The notes beneath the pieces were generated by a model that had not been told where the DNA came from, did not search any database, and saw nothing but the letters and a program-made list of their open reading frames with translations. This document shows positions 55,476-63,987 of a stretch of 64,000 bases of DNA, piece after piece. A program made the translations under genes and the position numbers. This DNA comes from Chloroflexota bacterium (lineage in GTDB: Bacteria; Chloroflexota; Dehalococcoidia; Tepidiformales; Tepidiformaceae). The stretch is taken from assembly GCA_016234445.1 (NCBI GenBank), contig JACRBT010000008.1, forward strand, positions 9,109 through 73,108. Direction: 5' to 3'. How positions within the stretch are numbered: the stretch's first letter is position 1; each line of letters opens with the position of its first letter.

Positions 55476-56141
55476 ATGGAGATGACCTTGGACCATTCGT
55501 TACGAAATCGCCGGTTCTTGGAGCGGTTCCCAGAGGACTTTCTGGCGGATGTCGTGAAGGCGCTCGTCGAACTCTACCCCGAGACATACGACGCAGCGCG
55601 CGAGTTTCCCCTTGCGTACGCTCGGTATCTCCGTCCCCACTTTCTAAGAACCAAGGCTGAACTGAGCTTCCTGGCGCTCGCTCAAAAGCATGCCGTTCCG
55701 GCGAGCACGAGTTTCAATAGCAGCTTGGACGCCCACGCCCTTGTTGCAGAGCCGCCCTTCGTCGGCACCCTCTCTCGCCTTCCTTATCGCAGGGCCGTTC
55801 CCAGGCGGGCGACGTTCCGGCGCATGTATGCGTCTTATCACTCGATGGCCCAGTACCCGCTGGCAGGGTTGGGCGATGGAGCGGTGCCGTTACAGATTGA
55901 CGAGGGGCCCGTTCCTGAGTATGTCATCTTTGGCCATGGCTCGGCCTCCCCCCACGCTCGGGACATCGCCTTCGTGGTGGTGAACTTTGTGGGGGCCACT
56001 GGTAGGTATGTCGGGCGCCCTATCGACCTCCTCAGCCAGTTCGGCGGCAGCGCGGCGCCGGTCGCTGAAGAGACGGTGCGCGACGTTCTAGGTATCGCGC
56101 CGAAAACACGCAGTCACGAGGAAGCCGTAGGGGGGAAATGA
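55476..56141 (+). CDS. Hypothetical protein (islet gene 1)
   Basis: ATG 55476 follows GAGGAGG. 221 aa with no recognisable motif. Its stop overlaps the start of the next gene (ATGA). Low GC. Confidence 0.5.
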   Translation: MEMTLDHSLRNRRFLERFPEDFLADVVKALVELYPETYDAAREFPLAYARYLRPHFLRTKAELSFLALAQKHAVPASTSFNSSLDAHALVAEPPFVGTLSRLPYRRAVPRRATFRRMYASYHSMAQYPLAGLGDGAVPLQIDEGPVPEYVIFGHGSASPHARDIAFVVVNFVGATGRYVGRPIDLLSQFGGSAAPVAEETVRDVLGIAPKTRSHEEAVGGK

Positions 56142-57292
56142 GACCCGGAACGCCTGGATTCGTTGGCTCGCGTCTGCGCGAGGCGCGTGAGGCCATGGGG
56201 TTGACGTCGGCCACCCTAGCCGACCTTGCCAACATCTCGCGCGCAGCGATCTCCCAGTTCGAGAACGGACACGCCACGCCCCACCCCGAGGTCGGGCGGA
56301 ACCTGGCGGAAATCCTCCACGTACGACCGGGCTACTTCCTGTTGCCGGCTCGCGCTGGAGCCTCCAACGTATTCTTCCGATCCCAAGCTTCCCTGACCCT
56401 TCGGGCGCGTCTCCGTGGATCACGGAAGATCGATCGGTTGGCCGACTTACTCGTGGCGCTGCGCGAGAGCCTTCGCCTGCCAGCGGTGAACTTCCCTCCG
56501 CCGTTCCCCGGGACCGATGATCCGCTCTTTCTTCAGGATGACTCTATCGAACAAGCGGCCCGGGAGACGAGGCGATTCTGGGGACTCGGAGAGGGACCGA
56601 TCTCTAACATCGTTTGGTTGTTGGAGAATAACGGTGCAGTTATTTCCAGAATGGACTTCCATGAGCGTCAAATGGACTCCTGGTCACAGTGGAAAGATAT
56701 CGACCAGATGCCTTTAATCGTTCTAAATAGCGATAAAGCCTCAGCTGTCCGCTCGCGCTTTGATGTCTCACACGAGCTCGGCCATCTGATTTTACATCGA
56801 TTTGTTCCGTCTGTCTACTGGAATACTGCGGATGCGGCCAAAATTAGGGAGCAACAGGCACACAGATTCGCGTCCGCGTTCCTCATGCCGGAAGACACCT
56901 TCGGCTCTGAGGTAGGCTTTCCTTCGCTTAATCGCTTCCTCGCGTTGAAGCCACGCTGGCGCACCTCAATAGCAAGTATGATAACGAGGACGGATGGGCT
57001 CGGGTTAATTACCGACGAGCACGCTAAGCGTCTCTGGCAGAGTCTCTCGCGGCGTCACTGGAGGACATGGGAACCACTTGACGATTCGATGGCACCGGAA
57101 CAGCCGCGCCTCTTACCGAGGGCATTCGCGGTTCTCCGTGAGATGGACCAGTTCGCTCCGGCACGCCTCGTTGACGAGGCCGAATTGAACCCTGAGGAGA
57201 TAGCCACACTGGCAATGCTGCCCCACGACTTCTTCGACGCGGGCGCCGTGAACATCATTCCCTTCCGACGCGGGCTATCCGACCACTCGTAG
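56138..57292 (+). CDS. Xre-type HTH fused to an ImmA/IrrE (COG2856) zinc metallopeptidase domain
   Basis: The N-terminal HTH reads LREAREAMGLTSATLADLANISRAAISQFENG. The HExxH motif reads SHELGHLILH, with a downstream AHRFASAFLMPE. Confidence 0.8.
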   Translation: MRPGTPGFVGSRLREAREAMGLTSATLADLANISRAAISQFENGHATPHPEVGRNLAEILHVRPGYFLLPARAGASNVFFRSQASLTLRARLRGSRKIDRLADLLVALRESLRLPAVNFPPPFPGTDDPLFLQDDSIEQAARETRRFWGLGEGPISNIVWLLENNGAVISRMDFHERQMDSWSQWKDIDQMPLIVLNSDKASAVRSRFDVSHELGHLILHRFVPSVYWNTADAAKIREQQAHRFASAFLMPEDTFGSEVGFPSLNRFLALKPRWRTSIASMITRTDGLGLITDEHAKRLWQSLSRRHWRTWEPLDDSMAPEQPRLLPRAFAVLREMDQFAPARLVDEAELNPEEIATLAMLPHDFFDAGAVNIIPFRRGLSDHS

Positions 57293-57380
57293 GTAGGGCA
57301 GGAGTCGTACCCAAAGAAGCGCTAGTGGCTGCTACCGTCCAGCCTTTCGGCGACCTCTGGGCGCGCGCCTTTCGTCCGAT

Positions 57381-57613
57381 ATGCAAGCGTAGCTCATACA
57401 TGGGGAGCCGTCGGCTCCTTATGCAAGTCTGGCCAGTATATGGAGCCGTCCGGGGTTCCTTAGACAAGTCTGGCCACCACATGGAGCCGTCCGGGGTTCC
57501 TTAGGCAAGTCTGGCCCACTCCATGGAGCCGTCCGGGGTTCCTTAGGCAAGTCTGGCCACTCCGTGGAGCCGTCCGGGGTTCCTTAGGCAAGTCTGGCCA
57601 CTCCGTGGAGCCG
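57381..57613 (+). repeat. Tandem array of five 40-42-nt hairpin-containing repeats plus degenerate flanking partial units
   Basis: Units start at 57401, 57441, 57482, 57524 and 57565. The consensus is TGGAGCCGTCCGGGGTTCCTTAGGCAAGTCTGGCCACTCCG. A partial unit lies at 57381-57400 and a truncated one begins at 57606. Confidence 0.9.
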
Positions 57614-57646
57614 CCGTACGGATGGGCGGCGGACGGCATCTGACCC

Positions 57647-58393
57647 CTACTTCGCCTCTGGCGACGGTCCGGGGGGTGTGTCGAAGGTGATCCGGCGGAA
57701 GGCCTCGCCGAAGCTGACGCCGGTGGTGGCGGCGGCCCCCCAGCGCGCCATCTGCTCGGCGAACTCGGCAATCCCGGGGTCGAGCTGGCTCGGGTGCGCG
57801 AGGAGAGCCTGCTGCTTCAGGGCCAGGGTCTCGCCGATGTCGACCACGACGTTCGGCTCCGCGGTCGCGCCCATCCAGAGCTGCGCCACCCTGTGCGGCT
57901 GGAGGCCATCGACCAGGAGCTCCGGGAATGTCAACCGGTCGCGGGCGCTGGGGAAGATCGCGTCGAGGGTCGCGTCGCCGCAGGCCCGGTGGTCCGGGTG
58001 GTTCGGGTAGTTGTCGCCGAGGAAGCGCGCGGTCGGGTCGAACGTCATCACGACTTCCGGCCGGTGAGTCCGGATGAGGCGGGTGAGGTCGCGCCGGAGC
58101 TCGAGGGTGTGCTGGAGGTAGCCGTCTTCGTAGCCCATGAAGACGTAGTCGCGGACGCCGAGGATGGCCCCGGCGGCGCGCTGCTCGGCCTCGCGGATGG
58201 TGGTCAGGCGCGACGGCGTCATCTCCGGGTCCTCGCTGCCCTTGTCGCCCTTCGTGATGACGACGTAGGTGACGTGTGTTCCGGCGGCGGCCCACTTCGC
58301 CACCGTCCCGGCGACCATGAACTCGGCGTCGTCAGGGTGGGCGACGACGACCATCGCGGAGGCGGGAGTGGATGTGTCGACAACTGCTGGCAT
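57647..58393 (-). CDS. PIG-L/LmbE family deacetylase (second copy)
   Basis: ATG 58393 within ORF 57647..58468. Motifs are VVVAHPDDAEF, TKGDKGS and NHPDHRACG. Confidence 0.8.
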   Translation of the reverse strand: MPAVVDTSTPASAMVVVAHPDDAEFMVAGTVAKWAAAGTHVTYVVITKGDKGSEDPEMTPSRLTTIREAEQRAAGAILGVRDYVFMGYEDGYLQHTLELRRDLTRLIRTHRPEVVMTFDPTARFLGDNYPNHPDHRACGDATLDAIFPSARDRLTFPELLVDGLQPHRVAQLWMGATAEPNVVVDIGETLALKQQALLAHPSQLDPGIAEFAEQMARWGAAATTGVSFGEAFRRITFDTPPGPSPEAK

Positions 58394-58487
58394 GGGTGGC
58401 TCCGTGAGGTAGGGGCGAAGGTGAAGTGGGGGCTGACGCGATCCAGAGAGGCCCGGCGATGCGGCCACGGGGGGCCGCGGCTATCGG

Positions 58488-59276
58488 CTAGAAGGTGCTG
58501 AAGTCGGGCTCGCGCTTTTCGAGGAAGGAGGCGACGCCTTCCCGGAATTCGGGGCTGGCGAGGCAGGCCTTCTGGTTCGCCCATTCGAAGGCGAGGTGGC
58601 GGTCGAGGGTGCTCGACTGGGCGTGCTGGAGGGCGCGGCGGGTGAAGGTGAGGGCGGTCGGCGGCTGCTTCGCGATTGTCGCCGCGAGCGCCATCGCTTC
58701 GTCGACGAGATTCGCGTGGGGGACGACTTTCGACACAATGCCGAGCGAAAGCGCCTCGTCGGCGGCGACCATCCGGCCCGTGAAGAACATCTCCGCCGCC
58801 TTCTCGGGGCCGACAAGACGGGGCAGGAACCACGAGAGGCCGAAGTCCGGGGCCAGCGCGCGCTTGATGAAAACGGTGCTGAAGCGCGCCTGTTCGCTCG
58901 CGATCCGGATGTCCATGCTCGATGCGAGGCCGAAGCCGCCGCCAACCGTGACGCCGTTGATAGCGGCGATGACGGGCTTGTCGCAGCCCCAGATGTTGAG
59001 GACCGTCCGCCCCGCGAACCCGAGGTCGTCGTTCGCGCGGAAGCGGGCGCCGCCCTCTTCGGAGCGGCCGTTGTTGGGCGCGAGGTCGGCGCCGGCGCAC
59101 CATGCCCGGCCCTCCCCGGTGATGACGAAGGCGCGGACGCGGTCGTCCATGCGGCCCTGGGTGATGGCCTCGGTCATCTCTTCGAGCATGGTCCCGCCCA
59201 TCGCGTTCATGCGTTCCGGGCGGTTGAAACGGATGAGCGTGACCCCACCCGTGGTTTCGATGATGCAGTCAGACAT
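58488..59276 (-). CDS. Enoyl-CoA hydratase/isomerase family protein
   Basis: TLIRFNRPERMNAM, EGRAWCAGADL and INGVTVGGGFGLA. ATG 59276; the longest ORF runs to 59324. Confidence 0.85.
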   Translation of the reverse strand: MSDCIIETTGGVTLIRFNRPERMNAMGGTMLEEMTEAITQGRMDDRVRAFVITGEGRAWCAGADLAPNNGRSEEGGARFRANDDLGFAGRTVLNIWGCDKPVIAAINGVTVGGGFGLASSMDIRIASEQARFSTVFIKRALAPDFGLSWFLPRLVGPEKAAEMFFTGRMVAADEALSLGIVSKVVPHANLVDEAMALAATIAKQPPTALTFTRRALQHAQSSTLDRHLAFEWANQKACLASPEFREGVASFLEKREPDFSTF

Positions 59277-59333
59277 GGCGGCCTCCGAGACAATCGCTTC
59301 GGACGATTCTACGCGAGCGCGCACCCCTGCCGC

Positions 59334-60899
59334 TCAAGCGTCGATCTTCACCGTCGTCATCGTGCTGCCCATCGGGCCGCTCACCCAGCCCTGGATGAAG
59401 ACGCCGAACTTGCCGGCTTCACCCCCCGCGACCACGAGCGTGATGTTCTCGTTCGCCCGGAACTTCGGGATGAGCGTGTCGAGTCCGAGGCGTTCGGCCG
59501 CCTCCGGGGGCAGGCCCTCGGCGCATTCGGCGTCGCGGACGAGTTCGCGCGCGGGCCGGAGCGTGGCCCGCTGGATCTGCTCGCGCACCTGGTCCTTCGT
59601 CCAGCCGTCCTTCGCGAAGGTGTCGACGTGCTCCGGCGGGACGACGACGACGATCTCCCCGTAGCCGTACTGCTTCGGGTGGCTGACGCCGGCGAGGACC
59701 ATGCCGTAGCTGTTCGCGAGGGAGCGGGCGTCCCGCGCGAGCTGGTCGACGAAGCCCGTGGGGGCGCCGCCGGCGAAGACGGTGACAGTGCTGTCGCCGG
59801 GTTCGAAGCCGCGTTCGACGTGAAGGGGCGGCCAGTTGCTCCGGGCTTCGTGTTCGGCGAAGCAGAAGGTGTACTTGCCCGGCTGGCCGAGGGCGGCGCG
59901 GTCGACTTCGCCGGGGCGGCCGCCACCGACGTTGCGGACGACGAGCTGGACCGCCCGGCCGATGGTCGCGTTGGCGCGGCTGCCCTGCCCGAGGCAGTTC
60001 ATCCGGTAGTTCATCCCGATGCGGTCGCGGATGGGGCCGTTGACGATGATGACCGGCGTCGGGAAGTGGGTAGTCGCGAGGACGCCGTGCATGTTGAACT
60101 GCTCGGCGGTGACGGCCTCGACGGCGGCGATGACGACCGGCAAGTACTCGGGCTTGCAGCCGGCCATGACGGCGTTGATCGCCACCTTCTCGACCGTGAC
60201 CGGGGCCAGGTTCGGGGGGACGAGGGCGAGCACCTCCTGGGGGTCGCGCTTCGTCCCGGCGAGCATGCGGAGGACGCGCTCGGGGGTTGGCGGCACGACC
60301 GGGAGCCCGTCCGTCAGGCCCTGGTCGAACATGAACTCGAAGACGTCGTCCGACTCGCCGACTTCGATCCGGCGGGCACGGATCGGGCTGCCCGCGGCCT
60401 CGGCGGCGAGGCGCTCGGCGATCCCCGGCTCCACCGACTTCGAGCCGCAGCCGGGGCGCCATTCCGGGAAGGCGGACCATTCGACGACCGGCGCCGGCGA
60501 CCGCGTGATCCCGATCAGCCGCTCGTAGAGGGCCAGCCAGTCGTTCTTGCCGAAGCCCACGAAGCGTTCCAGCTCGTTCCCGTCGCCGTCCGCGAGGATG
60601 ACGGTGGGGACCGTGTCGAGGTCGTAGCTGAAGGAGACTGCCAGCTTCGCGTCGTCGAGGACGGGCATCCCCGAGGAGATGCGCTCGCCGAAGACGGTGG
60701 GGCCCTCCGCGTCCTGGGTGATGACCCAGGTGTCCATCGCCTCGCCAAAGGCGCCGCCGGCCGCGTCGATGAGAGGCGCGGAGAGCGTGCAGGTGGGGCA
60801 GTCTTCCTTGACGAAGACGAGGAGCGCGTGGCGCCCGCTGGGGAAGGAGCGAGTTTCGCCGGTCGCGTCGGCCAGGGTGAAGGGTGGGAGGCTGGTCAT
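59334..60899 (-). CDS. Thioredoxin-like (CPTC) domain fused to a large uncharacterised domain
   Basis: The N-terminal TlpA/AhpC-like part reads ALLVFVKEDCPTCT. About 380 aa follow with conserved-looking blocks GLTDGLPVVPPTPERV and AINAVMAGCKPEYLPVV that I cannot assign. Confidence 0.6.
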   Translation of the reverse strand: MTSLPPFTLADATGETRSFPSGRHALLVFVKEDCPTCTLSAPLIDAAGGAFGEAMDTWVITQDAEGPTVFGERISSGMPVLDDAKLAVSFSYDLDTVPTVILADGDGNELERFVGFGKNDWLALYERLIGITRSPAPVVEWSAFPEWRPGCGSKSVEPGIAERLAAEAAGSPIRARRIEVGESDDVFEFMFDQGLTDGLPVVPPTPERVLRMLAGTKRDPQEVLALVPPNLAPVTVEKVAINAVMAGCKPEYLPVVIAAVEAVTAEQFNMHGVLATTHFPTPVIIVNGPIRDRIGMNYRMNCLGQGSRANATIGRAVQLVVRNVGGGRPGEVDRAALGQPGKYTFCFAEHEARSNWPPLHVERGFEPGDSTVTVFAGGAPTGFVDQLARDARSLANSYGMVLAGVSHPKQYGYGEIVVVVPPEHVDTFAKDGWTKDQVREQIQRATLRPARELVRDAECAEGLPPEAAERLGLDTLIPKFRANENITLVVAGGEAGKFGVFIQGWVSGPMGSTMTTVKIDA

Positions 60900-60947
60900 G
60901 GGCCTGAGTCTACGCCCGATGGCCAGCCGTTACACCCGTCGCTCGCC

Positions 60948-61253
60948 TCAGTCCTTCGCGACGAGGGGGATGCGGAGCGCGGCCCCCACCGTCTTCACGA
61001 CGCCGCCAAGGAGGCCAGCGTCGAGGGAAAAGAAGGGGCCGCCCCCGGACTTCCCATCCGAGGTCCCGAAGAAGGGCTGGCCGATGACGCCTTCGAGGGC
61101 GAACTGGCCACCCGTGCTGCGGGCGCCGCCGCCGCTGGGGCCGCTGACGTGCGCGTCGAAGATGCCGCCCTGCTGGGCGAGGGCATAGGCGACCATCGCC
61201 GCCGCGAGTACGACCGCGAGTCCGCCGGCCGCGAGCCGGGGCCGCGCGCTCAT
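60948..61253 (-). CDS. Small secreted Gly-rich hypothetical protein
   Basis: 101 aa with a signal/TM segment LAAGGLAVVLAAAMVAYALA. It overlaps the upstream gene by 4 nt. Confidence 0.45.
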   Translation of the reverse strand: MSARPRLAAGGLAVVLAAAMVAYALAQQGGIFDAHVSGPSGGGARSTGGQFALEGVIGQPFFGTSDGKSGGGPFFSLDAGLLGGVVKTVGAALRIPLVAKD

Positions 61254-62449
61254 TGGGTCAGGACCAGGACGTTGAACTTCTCGCCGACGACCATCGGCAG
61301 GCCGTCCAGCGACGTGATCACCCAGTGTTCGCCCGGCACCGCGCAGTCGTCGATCGCGTTGCTGTCGTAGTACACGCCGACCGCGCCCGGGTGCAGGGGG
61401 GCCCTCGGCGTCACGATCAGGATCGCGTCCGGGTTGTCGTTGGTGAGCGGGTTGTTGATGAGCGTCGTCCCGGCCGGGCAGCCATCGCCGCCGGCGACGG
61501 TGTGGACGAAGGCGGGAGCCTTCGCGCCAAGCACCCTGATCGCCCCGTCGAGCTGGACCGAGACGTCGCCGCGGAAGGCGCCGCCGGTGCCAGAGAACGA
61601 GCTCCCGACGACACCGGCGCCGCTGTCGCTGATGCCGTAGACGCCGGTGCCGGAGGTGGTTTCGCCATAGACGCCTGTGCCCGACGGGGTCTGCCCGTAG
61701 ACGCCGTAGCCGCTCCCGGCCTGGGTGCCCGAGACGCCCACACCGAGGCCCCCAGTCCCGTTGTTCACGCCGGCGACGCCGGCCGAAAAGCCCCCTGGGG
61801 CGGTGGACGAAATGACGCCCTTGATGGCGGCGGCACTGCCTGCCGTCGAATCACTCTGGCCGAAGAGAGCCGCGCCGGTCGCCGCCGCGTTGGTGTTCGT
61901 CACCGAGAAGACGTTGGTGGCGGCCGCCGCCGGGGAATTCGTGCCCGCGTACGGCAGGGCGATACCGGTGGCCGTCGTGGCCGTGCCGGCGTTCCTCGCG
62001 AAGAACGCATACGGCGTCGCCGTGATCGGCTGGCGCGGATTCAGGGGTGTGTAGGCGCCTGTGCTGGTCCCCAGGCGGACGGCTATCTCAAGCCAGCGGG
62101 CGTCGCCGGGGAAGGCGCCGGGACCGAAGTCCAGGCTCACGGTGAAGAGGCCGGCGCTGACGAAATGGTCGGAGACTTCCAGGGTTGGGGTCCCCGGTAC
62201 CTGGGAGCCCCCGAAATCTGCGTCATAGAGGATGAAGCGGAAGTCGTAAGGGCCTTGCGCCGGGGTGTCGTTCGTCGTCAGGCGCCCCTGGTAGGTGATG
62301 GCGTTGCCGAGGGCCGCGGCGGCGAAGACGTTGCCGCCGGCAGCCGCGCCCTCGCCTTCGCCATCGTCGCCAACGGCTGTGGCGATTGGCACTGCGCAGA
62401 GCACGGCAACGAGCCCCGCGATCGTCAGGATGAGACGTGGATGTCGCAT
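61250..62449 (-). CDS. Secreted Gly/Thr/Ser-rich repeat protein
   Basis: The probable start is ATG 62449 (MRHPRLILTIAGLVAVLCAV). It has ITYQGRL...GPYDFRFILYD, repeated GTGVYG/GYGVYG units and a distinct C-terminal domain. Confidence 0.6.
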   Translation of the reverse strand: MRHPRLILTIAGLVAVLCAVPIATAVGDDGEGEGAAAGGNVFAAAALGNAITYQGRLTTNDTPAQGPYDFRFILYDADFGGSQVPGTPTLEVSDHFVSAGLFTVSLDFGPGAFPGDARWLEIAVRLGTSTGAYTPLNPRQPITATPYAFFARNAGTATTATGIALPYAGTNSPAAAATNVFSVTNTNAAATGAALFGQSDSTAGSAAAIKGVISSTAPGGFSAGVAGVNNGTGGLGVGVSGTQAGSGYGVYGQTPSGTGVYGETTSGTGVYGISDSGAGVVGSSFSGTGGAFRGDVSVQLDGAIRVLGAKAPAFVHTVAGGDGCPAGTTLINNPLTNDNPDAILIVTPRAPLHPGAVGVYYDSNAIDDCAVPGEHWVITSLDGLPMVVGEKFNVLVLTQ

Positions 62450-62595
62450 TCCGGTTCCTCCTGGGAGTGCTTGAGGGGGCGCCGCCGCAAGTATAGCCCC
62501 ATCTGCCACCCACTCATTGACCCTTCACAGTCGGCGGCTTACGTTCGCCCTGCGCCCACGGGCGTCCCCCATCCCCGAGGAGAAAGGACGGTCCG

Positions 62596-63945
62596 ATGGC
62601 CGACGACGACGCCGCCCGCAACCTCCTCGACGATGCCCGCGAGCTCGTGGAAAGCGCGGAGTGGACCAAGTTCACCGCGCTCGTCACTTCCCTCCACCCT
62701 GCCGACCTCGTCAAATTCGTCCTCCTTCTGCGCGAGGAGGAACGCCGCGACGTCCTCGACCATCTCCCCACGGACGTCGTCGGCCAGCTCTTCGAATTCG
62801 TCGAAGACGACGAACTGCGCGACCTCATCCGGGGCGTCGGCGTGGAGGACCTCCCGGCCGTCCTCGAAGAGGTCGAAGACGACGTCGCGGCCGACGTCAT
62901 CCAGCAACTGGAGCCGGACGAACAGGAGGAGACTCTCGCCGCCCTCGACCGCGAAGAAGTGGCGGAACTGCTGCAATACGGCGACGAGTCGGCCGGCGGG
63001 CTCATGTCGCGGGGGTTCGTCGCACTCAACGAAGGGATCACCGTCCAGCAGGCGATCGACCACCTCCGGGTCCTTCGCCCGCCGACGGACCAGGCCTACT
63101 ACCTCTACGTCATCGACAGCGAACGGCACCTGCGGGGCACGGTCAGCATCCGCGACCTGATCGTCTCAGCGCCGCGGACCACGCTCGCCGAGATCACGCA
63201 GCACGACGTCCACGCCGTCGGGACCGGCACCGACCAGGAAGAAGCGGCGCGGACGCTGCAGAAGTACAACCTGATGGCCCTGCCGGTGGTCGACGAAGAG
63301 GGCCGGCTCGAAGGCGTCACCACCGCCGACGACCTGATCGACGTCCTCCAGGAAGAGGCGACCGAGGACATGTACCGCATGGCCGGCGTCTCCGAAGACG
63401 AACGCGTCTTCAGCGGGGTCGGGACGAGCGTCCGGCGGCGGCTGCCGTGGATGCTGGTGAACCTGGTGACCGCCTTCGCCGCCGCGGCGACGGTGAGCCT
63501 CTTCAGCGACACCCTCGGCCGGGCGACGATCCTCGCGGCGCTCATGCCCATCGTCGCCGGGCAAGGGGGAAACGCCGGGACCCAGACGGCGACGATCGCT
63601 GTGCGGAGCATCGCCCTCGGCGACCTCGACGTGGGGGACGTCGTCCGCGCCTGCCGCAAGGAGATCCAGGTCGGGATCGCGAACGGGCTGGCGGTGGGGT
63701 TGATCGCGGGGCTCGGGGCCTACGCCTGGAAGCAGAACGAGGTGCTTTCGCTGGTCCTGGGGACGGCGCTCTTCCTGAACATCTGCGCGGCAACGATGGG
63801 CGGCGTCCTCATCCCCCTGGGCCTGAAGTCGGTGCGAGTGGACCCGGCGCTGGCCGCGAACATCTTCGTAACGACGATCACCGACGTCCTCGGCTTCCTC
63901 TTCTTCCTCGGCCTGGCGTCGTTCGTGGTGGGGCGGATCGCCTAG
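62596..63945 (+). CDS. mgtE: Magnesium transporter MgtE
   Basis: Acidic MgtE N-domain, a CBS pair, and a TM domain with PIVAGQGGNAGTQ and ITDVLGFLFFLGLA. Confidence 0.9.
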   Translation: MADDDAARNLLDDARELVESAEWTKFTALVTSLHPADLVKFVLLLREEERRDVLDHLPTDVVGQLFEFVEDDELRDLIRGVGVEDLPAVLEEVEDDVAADVIQQLEPDEQEETLAALDREEVAELLQYGDESAGGLMSRGFVALNEGITVQQAIDHLRVLRPPTDQAYYLYVIDSERHLRGTVSIRDLIVSAPRTTLAEITQHDVHAVGTGTDQEEAARTLQKYNLMALPVVDEEGRLEGVTTADDLIDVLQEEATEDMYRMAGVSEDERVFSGVGTSVRRRLPWMLVNLVTAFAAAATVSLFSDTLGRATILAALMPIVAGQGGNAGTQTATIAVRSIALGDLDVGDVVRACRKEIQVGIANGLAVGLIAGLGAYAWKQNEVLSLVLGTALFLNICAATMGGVLIPLGLKSVRVDPALAANIFVTTITDVLGFLFFLGLASFVVGRIA

Positions 63946-63987
63946 GGGTACCGAGTCCCCAGTCCCGAGTCCCGAGTCCCGAGTCCC
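63946..63987. repeat. Tandem heptamers GAGTCCC/CAGTCCC directly after the mgtE stop
   Basis: ggggtac c gagtccc cagtccc gagtccc gagtccc gagtccc, beginning at the base after the TAG (63943-63945). Confidence 0.85.

Noticed and set aside
57381-57613. CRISPR array interpretation of the 41-nt tandem repeats
   Set aside because: Whole units are repeated head-to-tail with no unique spacers. The 41-42-nt period is too short for repeat plus spacer, and there are no cas genes in the window.
59334-60899. Selenocysteine or recoding in the Trx-fusion protein
   Set aside because: The ORF is uninterrupted and the candidate redox site is an ordinary Cys codon. No in-frame TGA or SECIS-like hairpin was seen.
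58596-61370. 924-aa plus-strand ORF across the crotonase, Trx-fusion and secreted-protein loci
   Set aside because: It is a shadow ORF antisense to recognisable genes, with low-complexity R/G/A/D composition.
62450-62595. M-box (Mg2+) riboswitch upstream of mgtE
   Set aside because: There is no GUUAGGUGAGGC-type core, and the available leader (at most 146 nt) shows no matching helices by eye. It needs cmscan to exclude formally.
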